From: Octopus vulgaris
Taxonomy: Eukaryota
DNA length: 64,000 nt
Direction: 5' to 3'
Assembly (NCBI GenBank): GCA_951406725.2
Contig: OX597823.1
Location: forward strand, 103,168,001-103,232,000
Both the position numbers and the translations under genes were made by a program. Below, in pieces: positions 27,027 to 39,149 of this stretch (the stretch's first letter is position 1; the number at the start of each line of letters is the position of its first letter). The notes below the pieces were generated by a model. That model ran no database searches and had not been told where the DNA came from. It was given only the letters and a program-made list of their open reading frames with translations.

Positions 27027-27785
27027 TGTAGGAGGTCTGTAGAGTTATTGTATGAATTCTCAGTTGGAATCGGTGTCAGTTATGTGATTTATATGAGTTT
27101 GAGTTACTGCCAAAGTCAACGCTTCAAAGTCATTGTCTTGCAGATCTGTCAGTGATAGCACGATAGATGGGTCAAAGATATAAGACGCGGAATACTGCCA
27201 CAACACATTAGTGGTGACAAGAATATTACAGTACCAAAGATAGAAGTGGATGAGGATCCACATAATAACAGTGGCAACAAGGATTTAAACAATTCATGTG
27301 GAGAATGTTGGAAAAAAAATTTTTTCATGAGAAAATAGACGATTCACACAGATGACGTTGAAGAATTTTTTTGTGTTGAGAAATTAAAAACTCAGCAGCT
27401 GAGTCACAAACATTTTTGTTGTATATATTTTAGAAAAAATCCGTAAAATTGTGGGAAAACTTGTTAATGGGTTTTGTTGAGTTGCAAAAACAGCAACAAC
27501 AACAACTCAAAAAACAACAAGAACAACAACAAATGCTACAACTAATGAAGTTGGTAACAAAACTGGAAAATATGTTTTCACCAGACCATGTAGCAAATTG
27601 AATAAATGAATTTAAATATGACCCAGAAGGAATTACTTTTGAGGCCTATTACTGAAGATCTGACCAAATTTTTGAAAAAGAATGAGAAGACTGGATGGAC
27701 GAACTGAAACGCGTCCGATTCTGAAGAAACTGGTGAAAATAGAGTATGAGAAATACCGAAACTTTATATTGCCTAAAAAAAGTTT
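27027..27785 (+). mobile_element. Ty3/Gypsy LTR retrotransposon remnant (putative 5' LTR 27027-27270, PBS-like TGGCAACAAG, degenerate gag)
   Basis: TG...CA-bounded segment followed by a PBS-like motif. 27570-27780 translates, with stops and a frameshift, EFKYDPEGITFEAYY...EYEKYRNFILPKK, resembling invertebrate Gypsy gag. Confidence 0.65.
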
Positions 27786-27810
27786 CTGTCCTTTATGTTT
27801 GAAGATCATG

Positions 27811-27899
27811 AATTCATCTGATGAAAATGGTTTCTTTACAGTGATGTAATGTTCTCATTAATCAGTTAAAGGAGTTGCTGGAAACGGCTGTAATGAATT
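27811..27899 (+). ncRNA. Type-I hammerhead ribozyme, same family as 18435-18520
   Basis: AATTCAT-CTGATGA-[hairpin capped by TAATG-TTCT-CATTA]-GAAA-CGGCTG-TA-ATGAATT. 7-bp stem I; the base of stem II is degraded. Confidence 0.72.
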
Positions 27900-29054
27900 T
27901 TACTTCTTTGTTACTCATATTTTATTCATATATCCTAGAAAAAGTTGCTGATAGAATAAGTACTAGGCTTACAAAGAATAAGTCCTGGGGTCACTTTCTT
28001 TGAGTGAGATTAGTTTTGGATAAATGTAAGAGAAGAGATATGAGAAGTGATTTAGTGTAGTACTCTATGAGTAACTATTGTTTCTATACATTAATTACAC
28101 ACTCACTCTTACTTCTTACCATACACATTCTAACGGTTCCATCCTTCCTTATACTGCCTAGATGCCACAATGCAGATGTGCACTACTTCTTTAAATAGAT
28201 ACCTTGGAAATGCTGTCCAATAGAATCATAATAACTTAAGTTTCCTTCAACAACACAAAGACACAGTTGCTACCGAAATCAACTAAAAACTTCTACAGTT
28301 CAAACTCACTAGACTAAGAGGACTTAAAAAACCCCGTTGATGTTGCCCTTCCCTCACTCCTGACCAATCAATAAATCATTAGGTTCAACTCTCTCTAACT
28401 TTCATGACTCTGATCCATCTGTCCATTTTCTCCACCTACTATTCCTGGGCAGCAACTCCTCCATTGGGTTCTATTAGAAGCAATCCTCATTACATTTTCC
28501 TGCTAGATTCCCAAGCAACTAAAACTCTTATTATTTCATGCATTTCAATCTTTGATGGCACTTCTCAATAACACCCAGACCCATCTATTAACAACTTATG
28601 TTTTTGCAAGGTAATCAGTGAAATTTGGACTCTTATGAAATAGTTGTAATCAGTTCCTCTTTGCTTTTCCCATAGCAAACTCTTCTTTCTGTATGGTGTC
28701 TGATAGTTTGGATGTTCTTTCCAGGATTCTTCAGAATGGCATGATGCATGATTGTGCAGGTACCATCCAACATAATATTTTTGATGGTGTAAAAGATGCA
28801 CAGAAGATGCACCCCAGTTTCAGTAGTACATATTCAGAGTAACAGTTTGTATTGCATTAAAGTTTATAGGAGCCCAAGTTTGCATATCAGACCTGGGGTG
28901 ACCTTTGGGGACATTTAAAAAAAAAAAAGTGCCATCAAATATGGTAGTTTATATATATATATATGTATGTATGTATATTTGTATTATTTTAATTTCCTGT
29001 AATTATTCTTTTGTTTTTCAATTTCAGATCTCAATTTGACACCAAATAAAGAGA

Positions 29055-29182
29055 ATGGCAACACATCGAAAATCTTCCACTCCGAATCCATTTCAGCATG
29101 AAACTGTTCCAAAACAAGCCTCGAATCTATCAAATGTGGAACAACAACCAGCTTATGATAATCGTCTGCGAAGGCTTAGCTC
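29055..29182 (+). CDS. RHBDF1: Inactive rhomboid protein (iRhom), coding exon 1 (exon begins 29028, ATG 29055)
   Basis: ttttcaatttcAG acceptor at 29027, with an in-frame TGA before the ATG. Encodes MATHRKSS...RLRRLS. The phase-2 donor TC|GTAGGG joins in frame to 29618. Confidence 0.75.
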
Positions 29183-29617
29183 GTAGGGACAAATTCTTTG
29201 CATTTCCTAACATTGTATTTCATTGCATTAAAATTTTCAAAGAAAAATGAGACCATCATGATGATTTAACGTCTGTTTTCCATGCTGGTATAGGTTAGAT
29301 TGCTTGATAGGAGCTGGCAAGGATGGAGAGCTGCACCAGGTTCCATTGTCTGGTTTGGCTTGGTCTCTTCAGATGAATGCCCTTCCTAACACCAACCACT
29401 CCACGGTGTGTACTGGGTGCTTTTTATGTGGAACCACCATAGATACTTTTTAAGTGACACCAGCACAAGTATATTTTAAAAGCATATAGAAATGGTAGTT
29501 TGAACTAAAGTTCTGTATTCGTTTTTTCCTTTTGCATTTGAACTTTTAAATATTAATCTCGGAACAGATTGCCTGTTGACTTATTTGATCTTTTCATTTT
29601 TTTCTTTTTTTCCATAG

Positions 29618-29948
29618 CTCCATGAAGAACAACGTTGCAGATTTCTTTGGAGTTGGCAAAGAGAATGAAAAGCGTGAAATGGAATGGCATAATCGACGTT
29701 TACGATATCATAACACCATTGGCAAAATCAAAGACGATTATTTGAGAACATCAATGGATGATCAAGTAGACTCAAGTTTGTATTTGCAGGCATTACCCCG
29801 TGAAATACATGACCCTTACAAACGACCAAGTCATCACATATCTTACACAAGTGAAAGCACCAGTACCACCTACAAAAGACTACATCCCAGAAGGAAACGG
29901 AAAGAGTCAGTAGTATCATTAACATTAAAAGGCATATCATCAATTACT
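29618..29948 (+). CDS. RHBDF1: iRhom coding exon 2 (cytoplasmic N-terminal region)
   Basis: SMKNNVADFFGV and RRKRKESV resemble the vertebrate iRhom motifs ADWFGV and RRRKRESV. Acceptor ccatAG, donor ACT|GTGAGT. Confidence 0.9.
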
Positions 29949-31623
29949 GTGAGTAGAATTTTTTGTACTATTTCCTGATTGGAAAGAAATGTTGTTTTTA
30001 TGTCTGTTTTTCTGTGTTGGCCTTGTCTGGATGAACTCATATTACCGAGGCATTGTTTTATAGCTGGATGCCTTTCCTGTCACTAAACTTTACTTGTTTT
30101 TCAAGTAAGGTATTTCTATCACTTGTCTTCAAAAGCGCAGAGATAGGAGATGATTTTTTTAAAACTTGATACTTTCATGCAAAGCACAGTCTGTAAACAT
30201 TCATTCTCACATACATCATCATCATCATCATCATCATCATTTAACATCCGTTGCCCATGCTGGCATGGGTTGGATGGTTTGACCAGGGCTGGCAAGCTGA
30301 AAGCTGCACCACCTCCAGTCTGATTCGGCATGGTTTCTATGGCTGGATGCCCTTCCTAATGCCAACCACTCCACAGAGTGTAATGGGTGCTTTTACATGC
30401 TACCAGCACGGGTGCCATTTGCATGACACAAGCATCTGCCATGACTGCGGTTTTACTTGGCTTGATGGGTCTTAAATGCAAACACACACACACCACCACC
30501 ACCACCACCACCATCATCATCATCATCGTTTAGTATCTCTTTTTCAATGCTGTCATGGATTGGACAGTTTGAAATAAATCTGGATGCCTTTCCTAATCCC
30601 AACCACTTCACAGGGTGCTTTTTTTCATAGCAGCAGTACTGGTGAGGTTACTAGGTACCCACAATAGAAGCACCTTCAGCTGAGTGGGGTATAGTATACT
30701 GTGTGGTTGACAAAATCAAAAATGAACAATGCACTTGCTCAAAATTAAAAGTATAAAATGATGACAATTTATCCATCGCATCCTGTGTGGTTGGGGCAAG
30801 CGAAATCGAAATCGAATTGAACCAGCCAGGATCCCTGGTCTGGTGGTACGTAAAAAGCACTATCCGACTCGTGGCCGATGCCAGCACCACCTCGACTGGC
30901 TTCCGTGCCGGTGGCACATAAAATACACCAATCTGACCGTGGCCGTTGCCAGCCTCGCCCGGCACCTGTGCAGGTGGCACGTAAAAAGCACCCACTACAC
31001 TCACGGAGTGGTTGGCGTTAGGAAGGGCATCCAGCTGTAGAAACATTGCCAGATTAGACTGGAGCCTGGTGCAGCCTTCTGGCTTCCCAGAACCCCGGTC
31101 GAACCGTCCAACCCATGCTAGCATGGAGAACGGACGTTAAACGATGATGATGATGATGATGATACACACACGCATACACATATGTAGATATAGATCATTA
31201 TCATCATCACACACACACACACATGTAGAGGCTTGACTTAATACACCCATGTTTTATGAACCCCCCAAAAGTTTACAAAACATCAAGAAGAACCTTTCAC
31301 CCAATTCACCTTCTGCTGCCTGTGGAGGAGTGCTTAGCAGACACCACTGGAAGAGGCATAAAATCTTTTTTACCAAGTTAGAAATGATAGTGAAAAGATT
31401 GCTTTGCCATGATGAAAATATTTCTTTTTTTTGTTTTGGCTTCTTCATGTTGTTGGTTCATAGGCACAGGTGTGTCTGTGTGGTAAGAAGCTTGCTTACC
31501 AATCTCATGGTTCCGGGTTCAGTCCCATTGCATGGCACCATGAGCAATCATTTTCTACTATAGCCTCAGGCTGACTAAAGCCTTGTGAGTGGATTTGGTA
31601 GATGGAAACTGAAAGAAGCCTGT

Positions 31624-31674
<51 letters not shown>

Positions 31675-32376
31675 ATGTGGGTTTCTCTGTGTGTGTGTGT
31701 GTCTGCGTTTGTCTCCTCACCATTGCTTGACAACCGATGCTGGTGTGTTTAGTTGTTCAGCAAAAGAGACCGATAAAACAAGTACTAGGCTTACAAAGAA
31801 TAAGTCCTGGGGTTGATTTGTTCGACTAAAGGCAGTGCTCCAGCATGGCTGCAGTCAGATGACAAACAAATAAAAGAGTAAAAGAGAAAAGAAAAAGAAT
31901 CGAATCCCAGTATTTGACTTGTACCATATTTATTAACCCTGAAGAGATGGAAGGTAACGATGACCTCAGTAGGGTATAAACTCAGAGTGCAGAGAGCCAT
32001 GGCATTCTATTTGATGCTTTAATCTCTCTGCCAGTGCACCATCTCGAGAGTAGGTGATGATGTGAAATTGAAGAAGACAGTGTTGTTATGTCAGTGGTAG
32101 ACTTTAAGACATTGGTGATGGCAACAGCTGGTGTCTTTATGTAAATTTTCTATTTCTTTTTTATTAATCAAAAATATTTCTCTGTAGAAATATATTACAA
32201 TATTGTATAAAAACTCTTTTATCTCTCTCCAGTTTTTCTTTCTCTTTATAAATATTTGTTAACATGAGTTAGAACTCTGTATTCGTTGTGTAGCTTTACT
32301 TTCCAATCTATTTTTGTTTAACCTCAACCCTTTATTCCATTTCATCTCACAGCTGTTTCGCTTCTCCTTTCTCTAG

Positions 32377-32466
32377 AGTTTAAAGAAAAAGCAGCCAAAA
32401 CCTAGTATTACTCCAAACAGGAGTTATGCACCAGCAAGTTTACGTATTGATGAAGATTCTTCACAG
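32377..32466 (+). CDS. RHBDF1: iRhom coding exon 3
   Basis: SLKKKQPKPSITPNRSYAPASLRIDEDSSQ (cf. iRhom RSFTPASF). Acceptor ctctAG, donor CAG|GTAAAA, 90 nt, phase 0/0. Confidence 0.85.
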
Positions 32467-32530
32467 GTAAAAAAAAAAAATACATAAAAAGTATTTTGGG
32501 TTTTCTTTATATTTCTAGCTTTATCTTTTA

Positions 32531-32910
32531 CTAGCAGTATAGCCCGGCGTTGCTCGGGTTTGTTTCGACCCTTTAGAATTGGAATTTTTGAAAAGTAAAA
32601 ATTTTGCATTATGTAGTTTGTTATTCTCTTTAAGTGAACATTTTTCTGGCTGAAAAACACCGAAAAATGGCGACACTGCAGCAAAAAAAATCGTAAAAAA
32701 TGGGGATTTTCATAGAAATAATGCACCTTTTTAATGTAAATAATTTTTGGTGTTAACATGGTTCGATTTGAATTATTTCTTCTATGGAAGCCTTCTATCA
32801 TACTCTAAATTTTGGTCAACTTGTGCCACAGGGTCTCGGAGGAGATAGTGTTAGTTGAAGGCTATCAAACCTACCATACACAGACAACTTCAGCTTTATA
32901 AATATATAGA
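32531..32910 (-). mobile_element. Non-autonomous Helitron-like element
   Basis: Same 3' end (CCCGAGCAACGCCGGG..ATACTGCTAG) on the minus strand, with a TC start. Confidence 0.72.
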
Positions 32911-33041
32911 GATTTAAAGCAGAGTTTGGCAAAGTTAGGCCATTATGATGTCTTCTGTGGGCCTTAGACCTTTTGTTAAAAATTTTGCAGTTTAATGTAT
33001 TTGCTAATCGTTGGATAGTTGATGGGTTTAGATGTCTTTTA

Positions 33042-34282
33042 CGAGGGGCGTTCAATAAGTAATGCCCCTGACTCACTTCCCATAGCAGTAGAGCAACCAC
33101 ACTTGGCACAGTTATTAGTCTTTTCCTTCATAGGAACTACCCAGAGTTATGCATTTCTCCCATCGTTTGATACAGCTCTGGAGACCGTTTTTGTAGAAGA
33201 CCCCAGCTTGGTCCTCCAACCACGACGTGACTTCAGAAATCAAGGCTGCATCATCTGGGAAACGCTTTCCTTTCAAAATCAACTTCATGGCTGGGAAGAG
33301 GTGAAAATCAGAGGGTGCAAGGGGAGGAGTTCATAGCTGCACGCCTGTGCTTCTGATCTGGCGACACGCGAGTTGTGGACCGGAGCGTTGTCCTGCAGGA
33401 GGAGGATGCCTTTGCTGATCTTGCCCCGCCTCTTGATTTTGATAGCTTCTCTTAATTTCCATTGTGGTACCCTTTGCCAGGAAATCTGTCATCACTACTC
33501 CGTCCTGGTCCCAGAAGACTGTGAGCATAACCTTGTCAGTGGAGGGCTGCACCCTTGCCTTCTTTGGAGGAGATGAGTCACGGTGCTTTCACTGCATTGA
33601 CTGGGCTTTGGTCTATGGATCATAGTGATGGACCCAGGTTTTATCCTGTGTGATCAGTCTTTTGAAAAATTTTGACTCATCTTCTTGGCACATCTCCAAA
33701 TTCATCCTCGAGCACTCAACGCGTTTTTGCTTCTGGAAAGGTGTGAGCAACCTGGAAATCCATCTGGCAGACACCTTTTGCATATGCAAATGGTCATGAA
33801 TGATAGTTTCCACAGACCCGGTACTAATCTTGACCTTATGGGCTATTTGGCGAATAGTTATGCGTTGACCTTCCAAAATGGCAGCCTCAACTTGACAGAC
33901 AGACGTCTCATCAACGGCAGAAGGGGGCGACCAGATCTGGGAGCTGTTTCCACAGAGTTCCGACTATGATTGAATTCACAATGCCAGCGTTTTACAAGGT
34001 CATATGATGGGGCATCATCACCATAAGTTACTTTCATTTCATCAAAAGTCTCCCGTGGTGTGCGTCCTTTCAAATACAAAAACCAGATCACTGCTCGACA
34101 CTCAACAGGCTCCATTTCACACTTGACTCAGTTCAAACACCTGTAAATCAGAAACCACAATTAGTTCAGAGCTGTAATTCGCCACTTAATCTATAGAGGT
34201 ATAAATAAGTGCACATGCAAAATTTCAGCTAGATCAAACAACTGCAAGTGGGTCAGGGGCATTACTTATTGAACGCCCCTCG
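33042..34282 (-). mobile_element. Mariner transposon, near full length, degenerate transposase
   Basis: About 36-bp TIRs (CGAGGGGCGTTCAATAAGTAATGCCCCTGAC) with TA on both sides; motifs KVSARWISRLL, ITQDKTWVHHYDP, KVMLTVFWD. Confidence 0.93.
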
Positions 34283-34395
34283 TATATCATGAATATACAG
34301 GGTGTCCACAAAGTTTTTGTTTACAGAAATATTGCCTGTGATGAAGATGGTGTTAGTAAGGATGTGTGTGAATATTTTTACATGTAAAACATACA

Positions 34396-35133
34396 CAGGG
34401 TGCAATGTATAAATTGTTGCCATTTTTATATTTTTAATGTCACACATGCACATTGTTTTTGACTTTGTTGACTACACAGTATAGTAGGGTCAGTTGGGCC
34501 CCACCTGTGAGAAAAACAGCACCATGATGCAATTCACTCTGCCAGAAATTTGGAAACAACATGCTGTACTTCTTGGCATTCATGCTGGAAGTTTCAATAT
34601 GAAGATTTCAGAGTGTTTGGGTATCAATCTGAGGACAGTGCAGAGAATTTGGAAAGAGTTGGATGACTCTAATGGTGATTACAAAGGTACGGCAGCGTGG
34701 AAAACTCACTCTGGTTCTTATGATAAGAAAAGAACTCCTGAATTTGTTGGTGAGATCCAGGCCATGATTGACAACAATCCTTCCAAGTCAATCAGGTCCA
34801 TCACCAGGGAATGTCTGAGTTTCTTATCAGGTAGGTAGTGCATGAAGACATTTGGTATTTTTCATACAAGATTAGAAACGGCCAATTTTTATTCCAAGCC
34901 ATCAAGGACTAGAAGAAAGACCATACTAGGAAGCTATTGAACAAACTCAAGTACCCCCTCCAACTGAACATACTTTGGTTTTTCTCAGACAAGAAAATTT
35001 CTGCCAGGATCAGATACTCTTACATTTGAAAATATTTTTATATAATTTTGGTAAATATATCTGTTAAAATGAGATATCAGTGTTATATTCTTTTTTTTTT
35101 TAATTTGGACAACAATTTATTCACTGCATCCTG
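34396..35133 (+). mobile_element. Internally deleted Tc1/maT-like element
   Basis: Imperfect TIRs CAGGGTGCAATGTATAAATTGTTG / CAACAATTTATTCACTGCATCCTG; N-terminal transposase related to 24007-24360. Confidence 0.75.
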
Positions 35134-36028
35134 CATATGTTAGGCAGGGGCGGATAGATAGGGGAAGTATGAGCAAATGTAAAAAAAATAGCAGAAAAAT
35201 AATCTGGTGGGCCATTACGAAAAGAAGTTGCTGATCCCTTATTTAAAGCCATGATTTATTATTAGAAATTCTACCCTCTTACTAGAGTTGACAGTGGATT
35301 TTCCATGGGCAGCATTTTGATGTAGGAGAATAGCATTTGTGTAATAAACTGATATAGATACTTCTGTCCTATAATACCAGTTATAGCCATGTGGTGAAAA
35401 TTTGATTTCAGTTAGGTATGAGACATGACAGAAAGTGTAACATATATGAATCTATATTTCTACTGTAACATACAATGGGTTGTAATTTACTTTTGAGTAA
35501 ATTAAAGAAGTGTTGCCATTTTTGAATGATTGTGTCCTGCTATTTTGTGATATCAATAGAGGCATTGAATAGGTGCAGTGGGGGAGAAAAAATGTGAAGC
35601 ATTGATATAGTGGTACAGTGTTTTAATGATGTAAATAACATCACTTGTTGCCTATTCAGTTCATTATGAAAGGGCATCTACATGGTCTCTTGGTTTGCTA
35701 GCTGTCTAATCACCCTCATATTCTCTTCTACCATTTTAAAAATAGTAAGCGCCCACTGGACATGTAGTTTTGAATGTGCAGAAAGAGGTCATTGTCAAAA
35801 CTGGAATGCTTTTGACCATAGCGCTGATTAGGAGCTAAAAAAGCACCAACACCAGCCCAGCATGATTTCTTACATAAGTACAAGGCTGACAATTTATAAG
35901 AGAAGGATATAGTTGATTGAATTGAGCCAGTACGTACTGGCATTCATTTTCTCATCCTTGGGTTGACAAAAGGCAAAGACTATCTCAGGGAGATTGAATT
36001 CAAATCATAGAGGCAGGAAACTAATATA

Positions 36029-36152
36029 CAGGGTGTCCACAAAGTCTGGGTACATGGAGTAAATAAAATCATAACATAAAGAATTAAATATAAGAAATAA
36101 TTTCTTAAAGTATGTTTTAATCCCCATGTACCCAAACTTTGTGGACACCCTG
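36029..36152. mobile_element. Tc1/mariner MITE
   Basis: TIRs CAGGGTGTCCACAAAGT.TGGGTACATGG with TA on both sides. Confidence 0.88.
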
Positions 36153-36739
36153 TAGATGTTATTTATTTATTAATGCTCTACTGGCATTACTCAGTTAAAT
36201 AATGATATTTTAAATAAATAGAAAACCTTGGGGTTGTTAAGTGTCCGCAACGACTACAGTGAGTTATATAATCACAGCTTTGTAATAGAAATTCAATATC
36301 TTGATCACACATACCTTCTATTTCTTGACTTGTTGAATTATGCTTTTTACTTGTTTCAGTCATTAAACTATGGCTATGCAGGGACACCATCTTGAAGGAA
36401 AACCCTTCAAACAAGTACTTTTTTTCTTAAGCCTGGTACTTATTATAACAGCTGCTTTTTGTTGAGCTGCTGAATTACAGGGACATAAACAACCAACACC
36501 AGTTGTCAGGTGGTGGTGATGGAGGACAAGCCAAAAGACCCCCCCCACTTCATATATAGAGAGAGAAGGGTAAAGACTCCTTTTGATCGTGGATGACCAT
36601 GGGATTGCACCTAGAAAGTTCCTCTGAGGCACAAGTCTGGGTAAGATTTTTTATGGAGGACCAGCAGTTGTCCATGCATACCAGTCTCCCCTCACCATGC
36701 CACTGATGTTATCCAAGGAAAGACAAAAGCCAATACAGC

Positions 36740-37045
36740 TCTGATCCACAATGCCAAGGCAGATTCCATCCTGACGAAGTGCTTATTTCTCACTATTGTT
36801 ATCTTTTTGGCACTTTCACAGAAACTTACTGCAATGGTAGTCCTGATTGCCACCATGTTCTTCTTTATATAGCATATGGTGCTTTTGTTGACCACACAGT
36901 AGCGACCTACTGCAGCTTGACTTTTACCTTCTTGGAACATATCCAGCAGTTGTACCGTCTCATGGGGCATCATAATCTTTTTCTGGCGCTTAGGTTCACT
37001 GCCAGAAGCCTTAGAAGTTGTAGGGCGTTTGGGCGGCACCATAGG
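36740..37045 (-). mobile_element. Tigger/pogo transposase N-terminal (HTH/CENP-B-like) fragment
   Basis: GKSQAAVGRYCVVNKSTICYIKKN...MESALALWI. Confidence 0.75.
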
Positions 37046-37676
37046 GCTTTAATAACATGCTACAAAAAACACAGCATTCAACAAAATACTCAAGATAGCT
37101 ACTGGATGCAGTTTTTCTGCCAAAAAACTACAAGATTTTCCTTTCATCTAACATGTTCATACCACCAATGGGAGATTGAGTAGCGATTAAAAATAATCAT
37201 GGTTTTGAAAAATTAAGCTTGTATTACTGCTAGATACTGTAATCTATACTAAAGTAATAAGAGAGACAGAGAAGGACCAGCAAGTGACCTAATTTCAGTT
37301 GGGCTATATTGGCTCATGACCTTAAAGATCATCCTGTTGAAATAAACAATATGTAAAAGCACCAACCGATCGTGGCCGTTTGCCAGCCTCCTCTGGCCCC
37401 TGTGCCGGTGGCACATAAAAAGCACCCACTATACTCACGGAGTGGTTGGCGTTAGGAAGGGCATCCAGCTGTAGAAACACTGCCAGATCAGACTGGAGCC
37501 TGGCATAGCCTCCTGGCTTCCCAGACCCTGGTCGAACCGTCTGACCCATGCTAGCATGGAAACCGGATGTTAAACAATGATGATGATGTATGATGAAATG
37601 TAGCTATTAACGTAGTCTCATGTTGTATATATCTTTGGTCTGTTATCAGTAGCCCAAGTAATACTTGTGCGATACA

Positions 37677-37747
<71 letters not shown>

Positions 37748-37748
<1 letters not shown>

Positions 37749-39107
37749 TAGCATTAAAGACCCGTCGTTGCCGGGTCATAGTGCTAGTGCATGTATATAT
37801 GTATATATATATATGCAACCGCCAGACTTCGTATTCGTTATCTGTTCCTTCTGTTTTGCACAGATAACCGCCAGACTTCGTATTCGTTATCTATTCCTTC
37901 TGTTTTGCACACAGATAACCGCCAGACTTCGTATTCGTTATCTATTCCTTCTGTTTTGCATATGTGAATTACAGGGTCTGTCATGCCCGGAGTCCAACTT
38001 TGATAGAAATAAGCATTCTTGACTGCTATTTCTATTTTTTCGGTATGCGGTCAAGCAACCTGTTTTGCCTGTCCCTTTTTCTTATATACAATATATATAC
38101 TGAACTTTACAGAAGTTCCTGCCGGTAATCGGCTATATTTACATACCGAATTCTACCAGTAAATAATTGGGTTTTTTTTAAAAGCCTTTATAGAAATTAT
38201 TTACTCTTATCATAATATATATATATATGTGTACATATTACATGTACATCTATATATATACATCTACACATAAAATACAAAATACAAAGTTATATCTTGA
38301 TATCGCTAGTGATAACAATACTCAAAATATATAACAGACTGGAATTGTAGGCCCGTCTCTTGTAATTTCGATCAATTGTATCTTGTCCTCCCTCTTGTAT
38401 AGAAGTGTGGCTACAATCCAACCTACCTCTACTTCGGGTGGGGGTGGGGGGCAATTTTAGTTTTTTTCTGGGATGTCCTACGTCCCAGATATAAAGGTAA
38501 AAATAAAATATTTCCACTTTGCAAGGTTCAAGTTGAGTACTCCTTTGCACGCTCCGTTGACTCGAACCTTGCTTCTATTGTGGTGAATTTACCGCCTCTG
38601 ATTACCTTTCATAGTTGCACCAAGACACTTTTCGAAGGTGCTTTCCTCCATGTGTTCAAATCTTCTTTTTTCTCTACATTGTATACTTTATAGACAATAG
38701 TCTTTTCTTTAATTCAATTTTTTATTATCCATCTGGACTATTCCATTTCTGCACGCTAATTTTATTTTTAATTTATTCCCATTCATGTGAAACCACTTCA
38801 AGTCATTGATGCAATTTTATACCAATTGCTATTTTTACTTTGTTACGATTATATTATACTTTAGTTTGATTTTAATTATTACTTACTACATATAATTCAA
38901 TTGTTATTATTATTTTTATTGTTAAAGTGAAAGTATCTGACATAAAATAGTGAAAAAGATATGAAAATTTTTTTTGCCGATGACACTCCCCGGACCCTAA
39001 GTAAGGCATGTGTAAAATTTGAATGAAATTGGTTGTGTAGTTCTCAAGTTTTAGGGAAACACACAGACAGACAGACACACATTCTCAGTTTTATATATAT
39101 ATAAAGA
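37748..39107 (-). mobile_element. Helitron-like element with an internal tandem repeat of about 51 bp (37817-37960, 3 copies); probably composite
   Basis: CTAG end with hairpin GACCCG...CGGGTC; TCTTTATATA start at 39107; AACCGCCAGACTTCGTATTCGTTATCT repeated three times. Confidence 0.55.
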
Positions 39108-39112
39108 TAAAG

Positions 39113-39149
<37 letters not shown>

